From the NCBI GenBank assembly GCA_030066775.1, contig JASJAY010000003.1, positions 53-64,052 on the forward strand: a DNA stretch of 64,000 nt, given 5' to 3'. Positions 1 through 10,598 of the stretch are shown here, one piece after another. A program made the translations under genes and the position numbers. Each line of letters starts with the position of its first letter. Position 1 is the stretch's first letter. A model generated the notes under the pieces. That model saw only the letters and a list, made by a program, of their open reading frames with translations. It was not told where the DNA came from and searched no databases. This DNA comes from Planctomycetota bacterium (lineage in GTDB: Bacteria > Planctomycetota > PLA2 > JAEUHO01).

Positions 1-1697
1 CGCAGGTCGTCCACGATCATCGTGTCGAGCTCCTGCGCCCCGGTCACGGCGAAGCCGCGCAGGATCGGGTCGATGCCGCCCTCGTCCAGGATGCGGTTCG
101 GCGAGAAGAAGGCGTCGCGCAGCGCGAGCGGCCCCTCCGCGATGGGCAGGAGCTGCGCATCGAGACGGTGCACGGTCGAGGAGACGAGGCTGTGGCCGAA
201 GCGGTAGCACGCCGTCGAGAACACGTTGTCGATGTCGGGCTGCACGGCGGGCTGGTAGCCGCCGTAGGGCGCGATCGCGGTCGGACCGAGCAGGACGGGC
301 AAGAACTCGTTGAACGTGATCGACTGCATGAGCGCGCCGACGTAGCGGCGTGCGGCCTGGTAGATCTCCTCGCCCGTCAGGTGCGGGTTCATCAGCCGGA
401 GCTCGTCTGCGAGGCGGTTGTGCTCGCGCAGGAAGACCGTGTGCAGCGAGGTGAGCCCCACCTGCTCGTTCGCGCGGACGTCGCCGCAGAGGAAGAGCGC
501 GGTCGGGTCGCCGCCGTTGTCCGCGTTGGGGAGCCCGCCGGTGTTGAACGGGGGCAGGTCGCCGGCACTGGTGCGCATGCGCCCGGTGCCGTCGTTCGTG
601 CGCAGGGCGTTCTGGCGCACCGCGTCCGAGCCGTAGACCGCCGAGCCGTCGATCCAGGCGGTGATGGCGTTCGTCTGCTGGCGCGGATTGTTGGTGCCCG
701 TCGCCACGTCGTAGATCGAGCGCATGAACGGAAGGATCACGTTGCCGAAGTTCAGCGGGTCGAAGTGGAGGTCGCCCGTCGGCACCTGCACATGGAAGGG
801 CTCCGGCGGCGTTGCACCTTCCGTGAGGTCGATGTCGTGGTCCAGGAACTGGCCCCAGAGCCAGAACATGTCGGAGGCCCCGACGCTGTTCGCGGGCGCG
901 CTGGTCTGCGCGGACACGGCGTTGCTGATCGCGCGCGGGTTCGGGCGCGCGGCGCCGCTGGGCTGACTGAGCCCGTCGGCGTAGGCCGAGGCCACGGCGC
1001 GGCGGAGCTGGATGTGCGCCGCGCCCCAGAACGGGTTCGTGGCGTTGTTCCCCGAGCCGTCGATCGAGCGGATCTCGCACACGAGACAGGTGAGCGAGAT
1101 CGGCACGCCGGCCACGGCGGTCTGGCCGTCGCCGGAGACGATCTGGACCGTTCCGGCCATCGAGCCCGAGAAGCTCGGGATGAGCGGTGAGACGGCGAAC
1201 GCCGACGTGCCGCCGACGCCCATGCTCATCTCGATCTCGGGCCCCACGGCGACGCCGTTGCCGTCGTGGAAGCGCGCGGTCACGGGATGGATCAGGTTCA
1301 CGCCCGCGACCATGAACGGCGTGTTCGCGTTCGCGTCGAAGGTGTTCGGCGTACAGCTGGTGAGGACCGGCTGTTCGTTGACCACGAGGCCGTTCACGAG
1401 CGTCGGCGTGAAGCTGCGCGGCGTGTACAGGTAGACGTCGTAGGTGCCGGCGGGGATCTGGTTCGGGGCGAGCGGCAGGATCGCCGTCGTGCTGCTCGTG
1501 GGCGTGACGGGGAAGTCGCCGACGCCGATGACGTGCATGGTCAGGCCGGCTTCGAAGAGCTGGGCGCCCGTGATCGGCACGTCCGTCTGGATGCTCGTCG
1601 GCACGCCGCTCGGGCCGCCCACCGTGTGCAGGGCCATGGGGCCGGCGCCGCCCGAGCCGCCGCAGCCCGCGGCCGCCGTGCTGAGCAGGGCGACCAT
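1..1697 (-). CDS. Animal haem peroxidase family lipoprotein. The 3' end is partial: the C-terminus lies beyond the window start.
   Basis: The minus-strand reading frame is absent from the ORF track because it has no stop in the window. I translated it by hand. It reads MVALLSTAAAGC (lipobox-like) ... IRSIDGSGNNATNPFWGAAHIQLRR ... MFWLWGQFLDHDIDLT ... ALFLCGDVRANEQVGLTSLHTVFLREHNRLA ... ACYRFGHSLV. These are classical animal haem peroxidase (PF03098) motifs. An in-frame upstream GTG around 1724 (VRFRIAAWIM...) would give a better signal peptide n-region. Confidence 0.75.
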   Translation of the reverse strand, partial: MVALLSTAAAGCGGSGGAGPMALHTVGGPSGVPTSIQTDVPITGAQLFEAGLTMHVIGVGDFPVTPTSSTTAILPLAPNQIPAGTYDVYLYTPRSFTPTLVNGLVVNEQPVLTSCTPNTFDANANTPFMVAGVNLIHPVTARFHDGNGVAVGPEIEMSMGVGGTSAFAVSPLIPSFSGSMAGTVQIVSGDGQTAVAGVPISLTCLVCEIRSIDGSGNNATNPFWGAAHIQLRRAVASAYADGLSQPSGAARPNPRAISNAVSAQTSAPANSVGASDMFWLWGQFLDHDIDLTEGATPPEPFHVQVPTGDLHFDPLNFGNVILPFMRSIYDVATGTNNPRQQTNAITAWIDGSAVYGSDAVRQNALRTNDGTGRMRTSAGDLPPFNTGGLPNADNGGDPTALFLCGDVRANEQVGLTSLHTVFLREHNRLADELRLMNPHLTGEEIYQAARRYVGALMQSITFNEFLPVLLGPTAIAPYGGYQPAVQPDIDNVFSTACYRFGHSLVSSTVHRLDAQLLPIAEGPLALRDAFFSPNRILDEGGIDPILRGFAVTGAQELDTMIVDDL

Positions 1698-1894
1698 GAT
1701 CCAGGCTGCAATGCGGAATCGCACCGTCCACGTCTCCTCGGGCCGACGCGCCACCACGCGCGGTCCACCGGGTTCCAGACGCGATGGTAGCGATCCGCCT
1801 CAGGGGGGGAACCCCTCCCCGCTGTCAGGGGGGGAAATGGACGAAACGCGGCCTCGAAGCGGGCACGGGGCCCGGAATTGGGCCTTACGGGGCG

Positions 1895-2812
1895 CTACAT
1901 CGACTCCTCGGTCGAGTGCTTGTCGCGCTTGCGGCGGCCGAAGAGCAGGCGGTGCTCCTGGTGGGCGCGCATGGCGGCGTAGAACTCCGTCAGGAAGCGC
2001 TCGACGTCCGCGCGCTTGACGGACTGGTCGTAGCCGATCTTGCGGCAGATCTTGCGCGTCACGGCGACCATCGCGTCCCGCGTGGCACCGACCCGGCTCT
2101 GGCGCAGGAGGTCCTCGAGCACCTGGAGCTCGTAGATGCCGTAGACGGCGAGCTGCTCGGGGGTGAACACGAAGCGCCGGCCCTCCTTCTCCGTGCGCTT
2201 CTGGGTCTTGCCGCCCAGGTCCTCGAGCAAGAGCGTCTTCGGCGTGAGCACGACCATCGTGCCGGCGACCATGTCGCCGATGCGCAGCCGCTGCCGGTTC
2301 CAGAGGGGCATGCCGGCGAAGACGAGGATCCAGGTCATGGCCACGAGCTGCACCCAGCCGGGGGCATCGGGCCACATCGCTTCCGGGAACAGCAGGACGG
2401 TGAGCGGGACCTGGACCTCGAGCACGCGCGTCAGGTTGCGCGCCACGATCGCCTCGGGCGTGATCGGACCGGCGTGCCGGCTGACGACGCGGATGCCGGC
2501 GCGCTGCTTGCCCGGCGTCATGCCGCGCCGGCGGACCTCGAACCAGATGAAGTAGAACTGCTCTACCAGGAACGACACGATGATCACGACGGTGAGGATC
2601 CACCCCGCGTCCTGCTCGCCGCGGTCCACCAGGCTGGCGAGGATCAACAGCGCGACGATGATCAGCTTGCTCAGGATCCAGTCGAGGACGAAGGCGCCGA
2701 GGCGGTCTCCGGCCAGCGCGATCGTGAACGGCAGGGGCACGCCCTCGGGCGTCGTGAGGACCTCTTCGCGTCCCCGCTCCGGACGGAGCAGATTGGGGCT
2801 GCGCGTACTCAT
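1895..2812 (-). CDS. RDD family membrane protein
   Basis: This is the C-terminal 306 aa of ORF 1895..3586, starting at MSTRSPN. It has several TM segments and an [17 protein letters not shown] stretch typical of RDD domains. Its ATG overlaps the upstream gene stop (ATGA at 2809-2812). The N-terminal 258 aa of the track ORF is R/P/G-rich junk. Confidence 0.65.
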   Translation of the reverse strand: MSTRSPNLLRPERGREEVLTTPEGVPLPFTIALAGDRLGAFVLDWILSKLIIVALLILASLVDRGEQDAGWILTVVIIVSFLVEQFYFIWFEVRRRGMTPGKQRAGIRVVSRHAGPITPEAIVARNLTRVLEVQVPLTVLLFPEAMWPDAPGWVQLVAMTWILVFAGMPLWNRQRLRIGDMVAGTMVVLTPKTLLLEDLGGKTQKRTEKEGRRFVFTPEQLAVYGIYELQVLEDLLRQSRVGATRDAMVAVTRKICRKIGYDQSVKRADVERFLTEFYAAMRAHQEHRLLFGRRKRDKHSTEESM

Positions 2813-3810
2813 ACCGGACGCCTCCGGCCGACGAACACGAAGTACGCGAACCAGATCCCCGCCGTGACTGCGGCGAAGGTGAAGCGCACGCCCATGTCGG
2901 TGATCCGCTGACGCGCGATGCCCTCGATGAACCCGGCGATGAACAGCATGAGCACGCCCATGAGCACCATCGCGCCCGCCTTGCGGCCGGTGCGCGCGAG
3001 GTTTTCGAGGCGCGAGTAGCGGCCCGGGAAGACGAGTGCGTGGGCCAGCGCGAGGCCGCCGGCCGCGCAGATCAGGATGGCGAGCAGCTCCGTGACCCCG
3101 TGGATCATGAGCCACGCCAGGAGGTCGACCTCGAGCCCGTGCACGCGGTACACGGCGAAGAACGAGCCGAGGATCAGCCCGTTGTAGACGACGTAGAGGA
3201 AGACCGGGATGCCCGCGGCGAAGCCCAGCGCGAAGTAGAGGATCCCGATCGACGCGTTGTGGGAGAAGAGCTGGCCGGAGAACTGGCCCAGGTCGCTCGA
3301 GGTGAACTCGTCGCTTCCGTAGAGCGAGTCGACGAGCTCGTCGCGCGACGCCTCCGGCCCGCGGTCGCCGGCGAGCTGGGACGGCACGAAGGCGTGGAAC
3401 GCCTCGGGCGACGCCATCGTGACGAGGTAGCCGGCCGCGACGCCGACGAAGAGGAAGAGCGCCGCCGTGAAGATGTGCCAGCGGAACTCGCGGATCGTCT
3501 GGGGGACCTTCTGCGTGAAGAACTCCACGACCACGTCGCGCGCATGCCGGCGCGAGCCGTACACGCAGAGGTAGGCGCGCGCGCACAGGTTCTCCAGGTA
3601 GTCGAGCAGGTTGCGGTCGAGCGAGATCGCGCGCGCGACGCTGAGCGCGGAGACGGTGCCGCGATACAGCTGCGGCAGCTGCGCGAGCTGCTCGCCGGTC
3701 AGGGCGCCGAGCCCGCGGCGCTCGACCTGCGCGACCAGGTTCTCCAGCCGGCGCCAGGTGGCCTCCCGCTCCTTGCGGAACTCGTAGCTGCGCAGGCGGA
3801 TGGCCGACAT
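2809..3810 (-). CDS. SpoIIM-like / DUF95 family integral membrane protein
   Basis: The real start is MSAIRLRSYEFRKE at 3810, overlapping the DUF58 stop (ATGA). The protein is polytopic (FTAALFLFVGVAAGYL, GILYFALGFAAGIPVFLYVVYNGLILG, HGVTELLAILICAAGGLALA) as in the stage II sporulation M / DUF95 family. This family is a conserved partner of the MoxR-DUF58 cluster. Confidence 0.6.
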   Translation of the reverse strand: MSAIRLRSYEFRKEREATWRRLENLVAQVERRGLGALTGEQLAQLPQLYRGTVSALSVARAISLDRNLLDYLENLCARAYLCVYGSRRHARDVVVEFFTQKVPQTIREFRWHIFTAALFLFVGVAAGYLVTMASPEAFHAFVPSQLAGDRGPEASRDELVDSLYGSDEFTSSDLGQFSGQLFSHNASIGILYFALGFAAGIPVFLYVVYNGLILGSFFAVYRVHGLEVDLLAWLMIHGVTELLAILICAAGGLALAHALVFPGRYSRLENLARTGRKAGAMVLMGVLMLFIAGFIEGIARQRITDMGVRFTFAAVTAGIWFAYFVFVGRRRPV

Positions 3811-5123
3811 CAGATCAGCTCCCGTCGCTTGATCTCGAGGTACTGGTTCAGCATGCGCGTGCTGACGTGCTGCGGCGCGACGTCGATGCACACGCAGCCC
3901 ATGCGCCGCAGCCGGGCCAGGACCACCTCGCGCTCGCGGACGAAGTCGCCCGCGACGACGGACTCGTAGAGTCCGGAGACGCGATCCGGGTCGCGCTCGG
4001 CGATCGCGAGCAGCTCCGGATCGCGCAGCGTGACGAAGAGCACGAGGTGGCGTCGCGCGAGGCGGTGCACGTTGTCGAGCATCAGCTCGGCCGTGACCGT
4101 GTCGACGAAGTCGGTGAGCAGCACGATCAGGGAGCGGCGCCGGAGGCGCGCGGAGAGCTCCGCGAGGCCGAGCGTGAAGTTCGTCTCGGAAGCGCTGTAC
4201 GCGAGGTCGGCCGTGAGGCGGCGCAGGCGCGGGAACGCGTGCACGCCCCCCTGGGGCTCGGCGTACGTGCGCACCTTCGAGTCGAAGGCGAAGAGCCCGA
4301 CGCGGTCGCCGGTGTGCAGCCCCATGTAGGCGAGCACGAGCGCGGCCGTCACGCCGTGGTCGAGCTTGGGGATGCCGCCCATGGGCTCCGACATGAGGTG
4401 GCCCGTGTCGAGGGCGAGGATCACGGAGTGGTTGCGCTCCGCGCGGTAGTCCTGGCAGATGAGCTTGCGGTGCCGCGCCGTGGCGCGCCAGCTGATGGCG
4501 CGGGAGTCGAGCCCGGGCACGTACTCGCGCAGCGAGTCGAACTCGGTGCCGTCGCCCACGTACCGCTCGACCTTCAGACCCGACGCGAACTCGTGCGGGG
4601 CGAAGAAGGCCATTGCCGTGCTGCGCACCGCGTTCACGTTGGGCTCGACGGGCACGTGGCGGTCGATGGGCACGTGCTTCTGGCGCTCGACCAGGCCAAA
4701 GGGGCTCGTCCAGCGCAGCCAGGCGCGCTGGACCTCGGCTTGGCCGCGGCGGACGGGCACGAGCTCGACGTCGACGTCGATCGTCTCGCCGGCGCGGGCT
4801 TCGACCTTCTGGGCCGGCTGGGGGGCGAGGGTCTCGCCCAGCTCCGGCAGGACCTCGATGCGCACCGGCGGCACGCCGCGCGGCATCAGCAGCTGCATCT
4901 GCATCGTGCCGCGTCCGCCGATCATCATCGCGTCGGGGGTCTCGATCTCGACGTGCAGCCGGCGCGGGCTCATCGCGAGGAGCGCGTCGACGCCCAAGAC
5001 GAGCAACGCACCGCCGAGGTAGATCAGCCAGAACACCCACAGATCGGGATCGAACATCACCGGCAGCACGGCGAGCGGGAACCCGATCAGGAAGAGCAGC
5101 AGGGTGACGGCGGTGGGGCGCAC
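3810..5123 (-). CDS. DUF58 domain protein (vWA-like, MoxR-associated)
   Basis: 437 aa. It has N-terminal TM helices followed by a DUF58-type alpha/beta region (LVLFVTLRDPELL, SLIVLLTDFVD). It lies immediately downstream of the MoxR ATPase gene, separated by 25 nt. Confidence 0.75.
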   Translation of the reverse strand: MRPTAVTLLLFLIGFPLAVLPVMFDPDLWVFWLIYLGGALLVLGVDALLAMSPRRLHVEIETPDAMMIGGRGTMQMQLLMPRGVPPVRIEVLPELGETLAPQPAQKVEARAGETIDVDVELVPVRRGQAEVQRAWLRWTSPFGLVERQKHVPIDRHVPVEPNVNAVRSTAMAFFAPHEFASGLKVERYVGDGTEFDSLREYVPGLDSRAISWRATARHRKLICQDYRAERNHSVILALDTGHLMSEPMGGIPKLDHGVTAALVLAYMGLHTGDRVGLFAFDSKVRTYAEPQGGVHAFPRLRRLTADLAYSASETNFTLGLAELSARLRRRSLIVLLTDFVDTVTAELMLDNVHRLARRHLVLFVTLRDPELLAIAERDPDRVSGLYESVVAGDFVREREVVLARLRRMGCVCIDVAPQHVSTRMLNQYLEIKRRELI

Positions 5124-5147
5124 GGAGGCGAAGGCTCCTCTCAGGGA

Positions 5148-6104
<957 letters not shown>

Positions 6105-7376
6105 GCAGGATCTCCTGTCGCCATTCGTGGGCCATCCGGGCGGTGCGGAGCACGCGCTCGGGCGGCGGGTTGGGGTGCTCGGTGAGCGGGCGGGCCTGCT
6201 CGACGAGGTCGCGGTAGTGAAGCGTCGTCCGGCGCGAGCGCTCGACGCGATCGAACCACGCGGCCAGCTCGGCGCCCTTCAGCGCCGGCGGCGCGTGCAG
6301 CCGGCTCTTCACGACGCCGATCGTGTCTTGCAGATAGCGTCGGAGGACGGTCGCCGAGTGACCGCCGTACCGCAGGAGATCCGCGGTGTTGCGGATCAGA
6401 TAGCGGTTGCCGGGATCGATCTCCGGCGGGGGCTTCTGCGGGGAGCCGAAGCGGCGCATGCCGACCCAGAGCAGCATGATCACGCAGAAGACGGCGTGCA
6501 GCGGGATCAGCGCGAGCGGCATGCGGAAGAGCTCGCGCCAGAAGCTCGGCTCCTGGATGTGGCCGTGGCTCGTCTCGTCGATGACGACACCGCCGCCGCG
6601 GCGCATCAGCTCGATCAGCCGCACGACGAGCTCGGCGTTCTGCGCGTGCACGAGGCCGTGGTTGGAGAAGAGATCGGGATCCGACACGACGATGAGGCGA
6701 TGCATCGGCCCGTCGCCTTCTTCGTCGGGGATGAAGCGTCCCTCGCCGACGAGGATGTGGCCGTCGCTCGACGACACGATGGGATCGAGCATCTCCGTCT
6801 GCATCAGCTGCACGTGCCGAAGGGCGGGCGCGGGACCGAGCCCGCCGGTGCGCCACGTGAGTGCGTCCTCGTTCTCGGGGCGCACGATGAGCGCGTTCAC
6901 GTCGACGATACCGAGCGCCTGCTGGACCCGCTCGACGGTCATCAGCTCAGGGTCCGCGATCCACTCCGGATCCTCGAAGTCGGGGCGCGCCGTCCACTTC
7001 GGGAGCACGTAGAGGATGGAGCGCGCCGCCTCGAGCGAGATGCGCAGCTGGTGACCGGGGCTGTCTTCCTCGCCGAGCCCCGTGGGGGGGAAGTACGAGA
7101 ACTGCCCGTGCTCCCCCGGTTGGAGCAGCACCAGCACCCCGCTCTTCCCGGCGCGTTCGCCGCTCTCCCACGTGCTCTGGAAGACGGGGATGCCGAGCTC
7201 GTCGAGGAGCTCGTAGAGCGCCTGGTGTCCGGTGGCCGAGAGCCCGAAGGAGTCGAAGCGGTTCGACTCGATCGAGATGAGATCCTGGGCGAAGATCATC
7301 AGCAGCATGCCGCCCACGAACGACGTCACGCAGACGCCGATCACGATGATGAGCCCGCGGCGGCTGAAGGCGGCGC

Positions 7377-8135
7377 TCATGCCGTCGTCCTGATCGCGCG
7401 CTCCGCGTTGACGGCTTCGGCGAACTGCTCGAACTGGCGCGTGCAGCTCATGTACTCCACCCGGCCCGGCACGTCATGGCCGAAGAGCGAGACCTCCACC
7501 GCGGTGACCAGGCCGCGCAGGGCCTCGCGTGCGTCGTCGGGCAGCTCGACGCGCTCCAGGATCTCGCGGCTGGTCCACGACTTCTGCATGCCCCCGGGCA
7601 TCCGCCCCGCGAGGCGGCCCAGGGTCTCGAGCAGCAGCACGTGGATCGCTTCGTCGAAGCGGCCCGCGTCGGCGAGGCGCTCGGCCTTCGTCTTGGTCCC
7701 GGCGAGCTCGATCGGGGGCCTGGGTGGGGGCGCGCCCGCCTTCGGGCGCTCGAGCTCGACGTCCTTCGTGTACCCGCCGAGCAGCCGGACGAGCCACGTC
7801 AGGACGAGCACGCCACCGACGATCAGGAGCATCCAGATCAGGGCGTTGCCGAGATCGGCGCTGCCGCCGCTGCTGCCGCCTCCGCTGCTGCGGGAGCGCG
7901 AGCGCCGCGACGCGCGCGGGCGACGGGGCGAGCTGTCGGTCGAAGCGCGACGCGCCGTCGGTCGGCTCCGGGTGGGTTCGACGCGGCGGGGCTCGAAGTT
8001 CTGGTAGCGCGTGCGGCCGGGCATCTCGCGCTGGTAGCTCGCGTCTTCGAATACGCGCTTCGCCGCCTTCTGGATGTCCACGGGCGTGGGCACACCCAGA
8101 CAGATCCCCAAGAGCGCGCCGGCGACGATTCCCAC
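7377..8135 (-). CDS. DUF4129-like membrane protein (MoxR cluster component)
   Basis: 252 aa. It has a central TM segment (LIWMLLIVGGVLVLTWLV). The C-terminal TSREILERVELPDDAREALRGLVTAVEVSLFG resembles the DUF4129 helix. An S/R/P-rich low-complexity linker is present. Confidence 0.55.
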   Translation of the reverse strand: MGIVAGALLGICLGVPTPVDIQKAAKRVFEDASYQREMPGRTRYQNFEPRRVEPTRSRPTARRASTDSSPRRPRASRRSRSRSSGGGSSGGSADLGNALIWMLLIVGGVLVLTWLVRLLGGYTKDVELERPKAGAPPPRPPIELAGTKTKAERLADAGRFDEAIHVLLLETLGRLAGRMPGGMQKSWTSREILERVELPDDAREALRGLVTAVEVSLFGHDVPGRVEYMSCTRQFEQFAEAVNAERAIRTTA

Positions 8136-8200
8136 CCGCCGATTCTAGGCCCCTGGTCCAAGGGCCGACAAGGGCACCGAATCCGGTGGAACGGGGAGGG

Positions 8201-9580
8201 CTAGAAGTACTCGTGGGCGCAGCGCGTGCAGATCCCGTGGGACACCTGCAGATCGGGCGAGGCAGGCACGAAGTGCGAAATCGGGAGCCAGCGACGCCCC
8301 GGCACCTGGACGTCGTGGCACCAGGCGCACATGGCGATCCGGTCGTCGTCGGGGCGCTCCGGATCGTGGCGGACCAGCTGCTCCGTGAGGCTCTTGGCCA
8401 CCGTGCTCATGAGCGCGCCGTGTCGCTTCGACAGGCGCGTGCGATAGTCCGCGAGGATCTCCGGCACGTCCGGTGTCGCCTCCTGGATCTCCGGCAGCTC
8501 GCGGATGCACAGCTCGACCTCCGTGACGAGCGTCAGGAGGGATGTGGAGGCCAGCTCGAAGGCGCGTCGGGCAAGGAAGGGGTCACGCACCTCTTCGGCG
8601 AGGTATCGGCCCAGGGGCACCGCGTCGTGGTAGCGGACGCCGGCGGGCTCGGCCTCGAGCCCCCGGATGGCGTCCTCGGCCAGCGCCAGCGCGGCATCGC
8701 GACCGCCCGTGACGAGCCGGCAGCGGACGCGATCCAGCGCGGCGTGGCGCGCGAGGTCCGGACTCACCGGATCCTCCAGCGAGGCCAGGGACGCCTCGGC
8801 CTCGGCGTGGCGGCGCAGGCGAAGCAGGTTGAACGCACGCTGCACGCGGGCCGCATTGACGTAGTACCGGCCACTCGGCATCGCCTCACCGCGCGCTTCG
8901 CACAACGCGAGCAGCTCGAGCGCGACCTCTGAGTCGCCGCGGATGCGCGCCAGCTCGGCGCGCGCGAACAGGAGCTCGACACCGAGCGCCTCGGCCGCCG
9001 GACCGTCCGCGAGCACCTCGGCCGCGCGCTCCGCGTGCGCCAGGGCCTGCTCCAGACGCTCCGCGTCCTCGATGAGCACGAGCGTGCCGCAGTAGCGCTT
9101 CCAGGCGAACGCGCCCCAGTGGCGGTCCCCGATGCGCTCCGCCACGTCGATTGCGCGGCGCGCGAGGATGAGCGACTCGAGCACGCGCCGATCCTGCCCG
9201 AAGGAGAGGCTCAAGTTGAGGCAGGCCCGGAGCCAGGCGTCGTCGGGATCGTCCCGCTCGATCGCCAGCGTCTGCTGGAGGAGGTGCTTCGCGTCGTCCG
9301 CCCGGCCCTGCATCTGCGCGATCAGGGCAAGCGTGCCGCCGACGCGCCGGCGGAACCGCGGCTCGCCCTGGGCGCGCCAGGCAGCCTGGAGCAGCGGCTC
9401 GAACTCGAGGCGTTGGCGCAGATCCTGGCGGCAGATCCAGTCCAGCCGGTCCACGTCGTCGGCCGTCAGCGCATCGAGATGGGCGGCGTAGCCGGCGAGC
9501 GCGGCGGACGGGTCGTCCGTGCGCAGCTGGTCGAAGCGCGCGAGCGGCGCGTCGGTGGGGTCGGAAGGATGGATGCCCAT
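8201..9580 (-). CDS. Hypothetical TPR-like protein with C-terminal Cys4 zinc-finger-like motif
   Basis: 459 aa with an ATG at 9580. The body is helical and repeat-rich. The C-terminus reads CAWCHDV...HGICTRCAHEY. I recognise no known family. Confidence 0.45.
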   Translation of the reverse strand: MGIHPSDPTDAPLARFDQLRTDDPSAALAGYAAHLDALTADDVDRLDWICRQDLRQRLEFEPLLQAAWRAQGEPRFRRRVGGTLALIAQMQGRADDAKHLLQQTLAIERDDPDDAWLRACLNLSLSFGQDRRVLESLILARRAIDVAERIGDRHWGAFAWKRYCGTLVLIEDAERLEQALAHAERAAEVLADGPAAEALGVELLFARAELARIRGDSEVALELLALCEARGEAMPSGRYYVNAARVQRAFNLLRLRRHAEAEASLASLEDPVSPDLARHAALDRVRCRLVTGGRDAALALAEDAIRGLEAEPAGVRYHDAVPLGRYLAEEVRDPFLARRAFELASTSLLTLVTEVELCIRELPEIQEATPDVPEILADYRTRLSKRHGALMSTVAKSLTEQLVRHDPERPDDDRIAMCAWCHDVQVPGRRWLPISHFVPASPDLQVSHGICTRCAHEYF

Positions 9581-9692
9581 CGGGGCGCGCCTCGGGTGCC
9601 TTCTCGGCAGGCCGCGTCCCCTCCTCGCCAGCTCGATAGCAGTCTACGCGTGGGCACCGTCGCGCATACGTCTATCCGCGCGCCCCGCTGGA

Positions 9693-10598
9693 TCAGCGGC
9701 TGCCGGGCACGTCCACGTCGAACCGATGTCCACCCTCCTCGATGAGGATCTTGTGCTCGGTCGTGACGAGCGCGGTCCCGTCCGGGCCCTCGATCACGGC
9801 GTTCACGTAGTAGCGGCCCGGAAACATGCGCAGCTGCATGGGCGTCGTGCCCGGCAGGTCGGTCCACTCCTCGACGCGTCCGGCCTGCCGATCCCCCAAG
9901 CGATCCAGGATGCGGATGATCCGCAGACGATGGCCGGGCGCCTCGCGCACGACCTGCCCGGCGCGGTCGCGGACCACCGTACGGAAGACCACCTCGCGGT
10001 CGCCGCGCCAACCGATCTCGGCGACGAGACGCACGCCGATGCTGCCGTGCTTCTGCTCCGGATCGACACCGCACCGCACTCGGCCTGGTTGTCGCACGAC
10101 GCGCGCTCTGCCTTCTCGCGGGCCCACCGGATCGGAGAGGTCCTGCTCCGGATGCGGGCCGAACCAGTCCGCACACCAGCTTCCGATCGTGGTCCCCACC
10201 TTTGGCGGATGACGCCGCTGCGCCAACGCCCACTCCGCCTCGGTCGGAAGCCGGTAGCGGTGGTCTCCGTTCGCCTCCGTCATACGGGCGGCGAGCTCCT
10301 GTACTTCATGCCAGGTCGACCGCCGCGCGACCGGCGAACTCGCGATGTAGTAGGGGAGGCGCATCGTCACCGTGTGCACGTCCCCGCTCGGCGCGTGCCA
10401 GGGGAATTGGCCGGGCGCGACCAACAGGAACTCCGTTCCGCCCCGCTCCACGAACGAGGCGGGCACGCCGTGCCGCGCGGCGAACGCGGCGTACGCGTCG
10501 ACGACGGGCTCGGCGGGGCCGTGGGCATCGATCCGCGGCCCCACCACCATCGACAGCAGGAAGAGCGCGAGCGAGACGACGACCAGCAATCGGCCCAT
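9693..10598 (-). CDS. Secreted FGE-sulfatase (SUMF1/EgtB-type) domain protein
   Basis: The real start is MGRLLVVVSLALFLLSMVVG, a signal peptide, at about 10598. It is the C-terminal 302 aa of ORF 9693..11816. The motif YRLPTEAEWALAQRR ... GSWCADWFGPHP matches the formylglycine-generating-enzyme family. Its start overlaps the J-protein stop. Confidence 0.6.
   Translation of the reverse strand: MGRLLVVVSLALFLLSMVVGPRIDAHGPAEPVVDAYAAFAARHGVPASFVERGGTEFLLVAPGQFPWHAPSGDVHTVTMRLPYYIASSPVARRSTWHEVQELAARMTEANGDHRYRLPTEAEWALAQRRHPPKVGTTIGSWCADWFGPHPEQDLSDPVGPREGRARVVRQPGRVRCGVDPEQKHGSIGVRLVAEIGWRGDREVVFRTVVRDRAGQVVREAPGHRLRIIRILDRLGDRQAGRVEEWTDLPGTTPMQLRMFPGRYYVNAVIEGPDGTALVTTEHKILIEEGGHRFDVDVPGSR

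Noticed and set aside
168-1190. 340-aa plus-strand ORF and other plus ORFs in 1-1800
   Set aside because: They are shadow frames opposite the hand-translated peroxidase gene and have a compositionally implausible R/V/A/G-rich translation.
1895-3586. Long N-terminal extensions of track ORFs. The RDD ORF begins 258 aa early, the SpoIIM-like ORF about 410 aa early, the Hsp70 ORF about 160 aa early and the serpin ORF 80 aa early.
   Set aside because: The extensions read through upstream genes in the same frame only because no stop intervenes. The true starts were placed at Met codons that overlap the upstream stop or that begin a signal peptide or domain.
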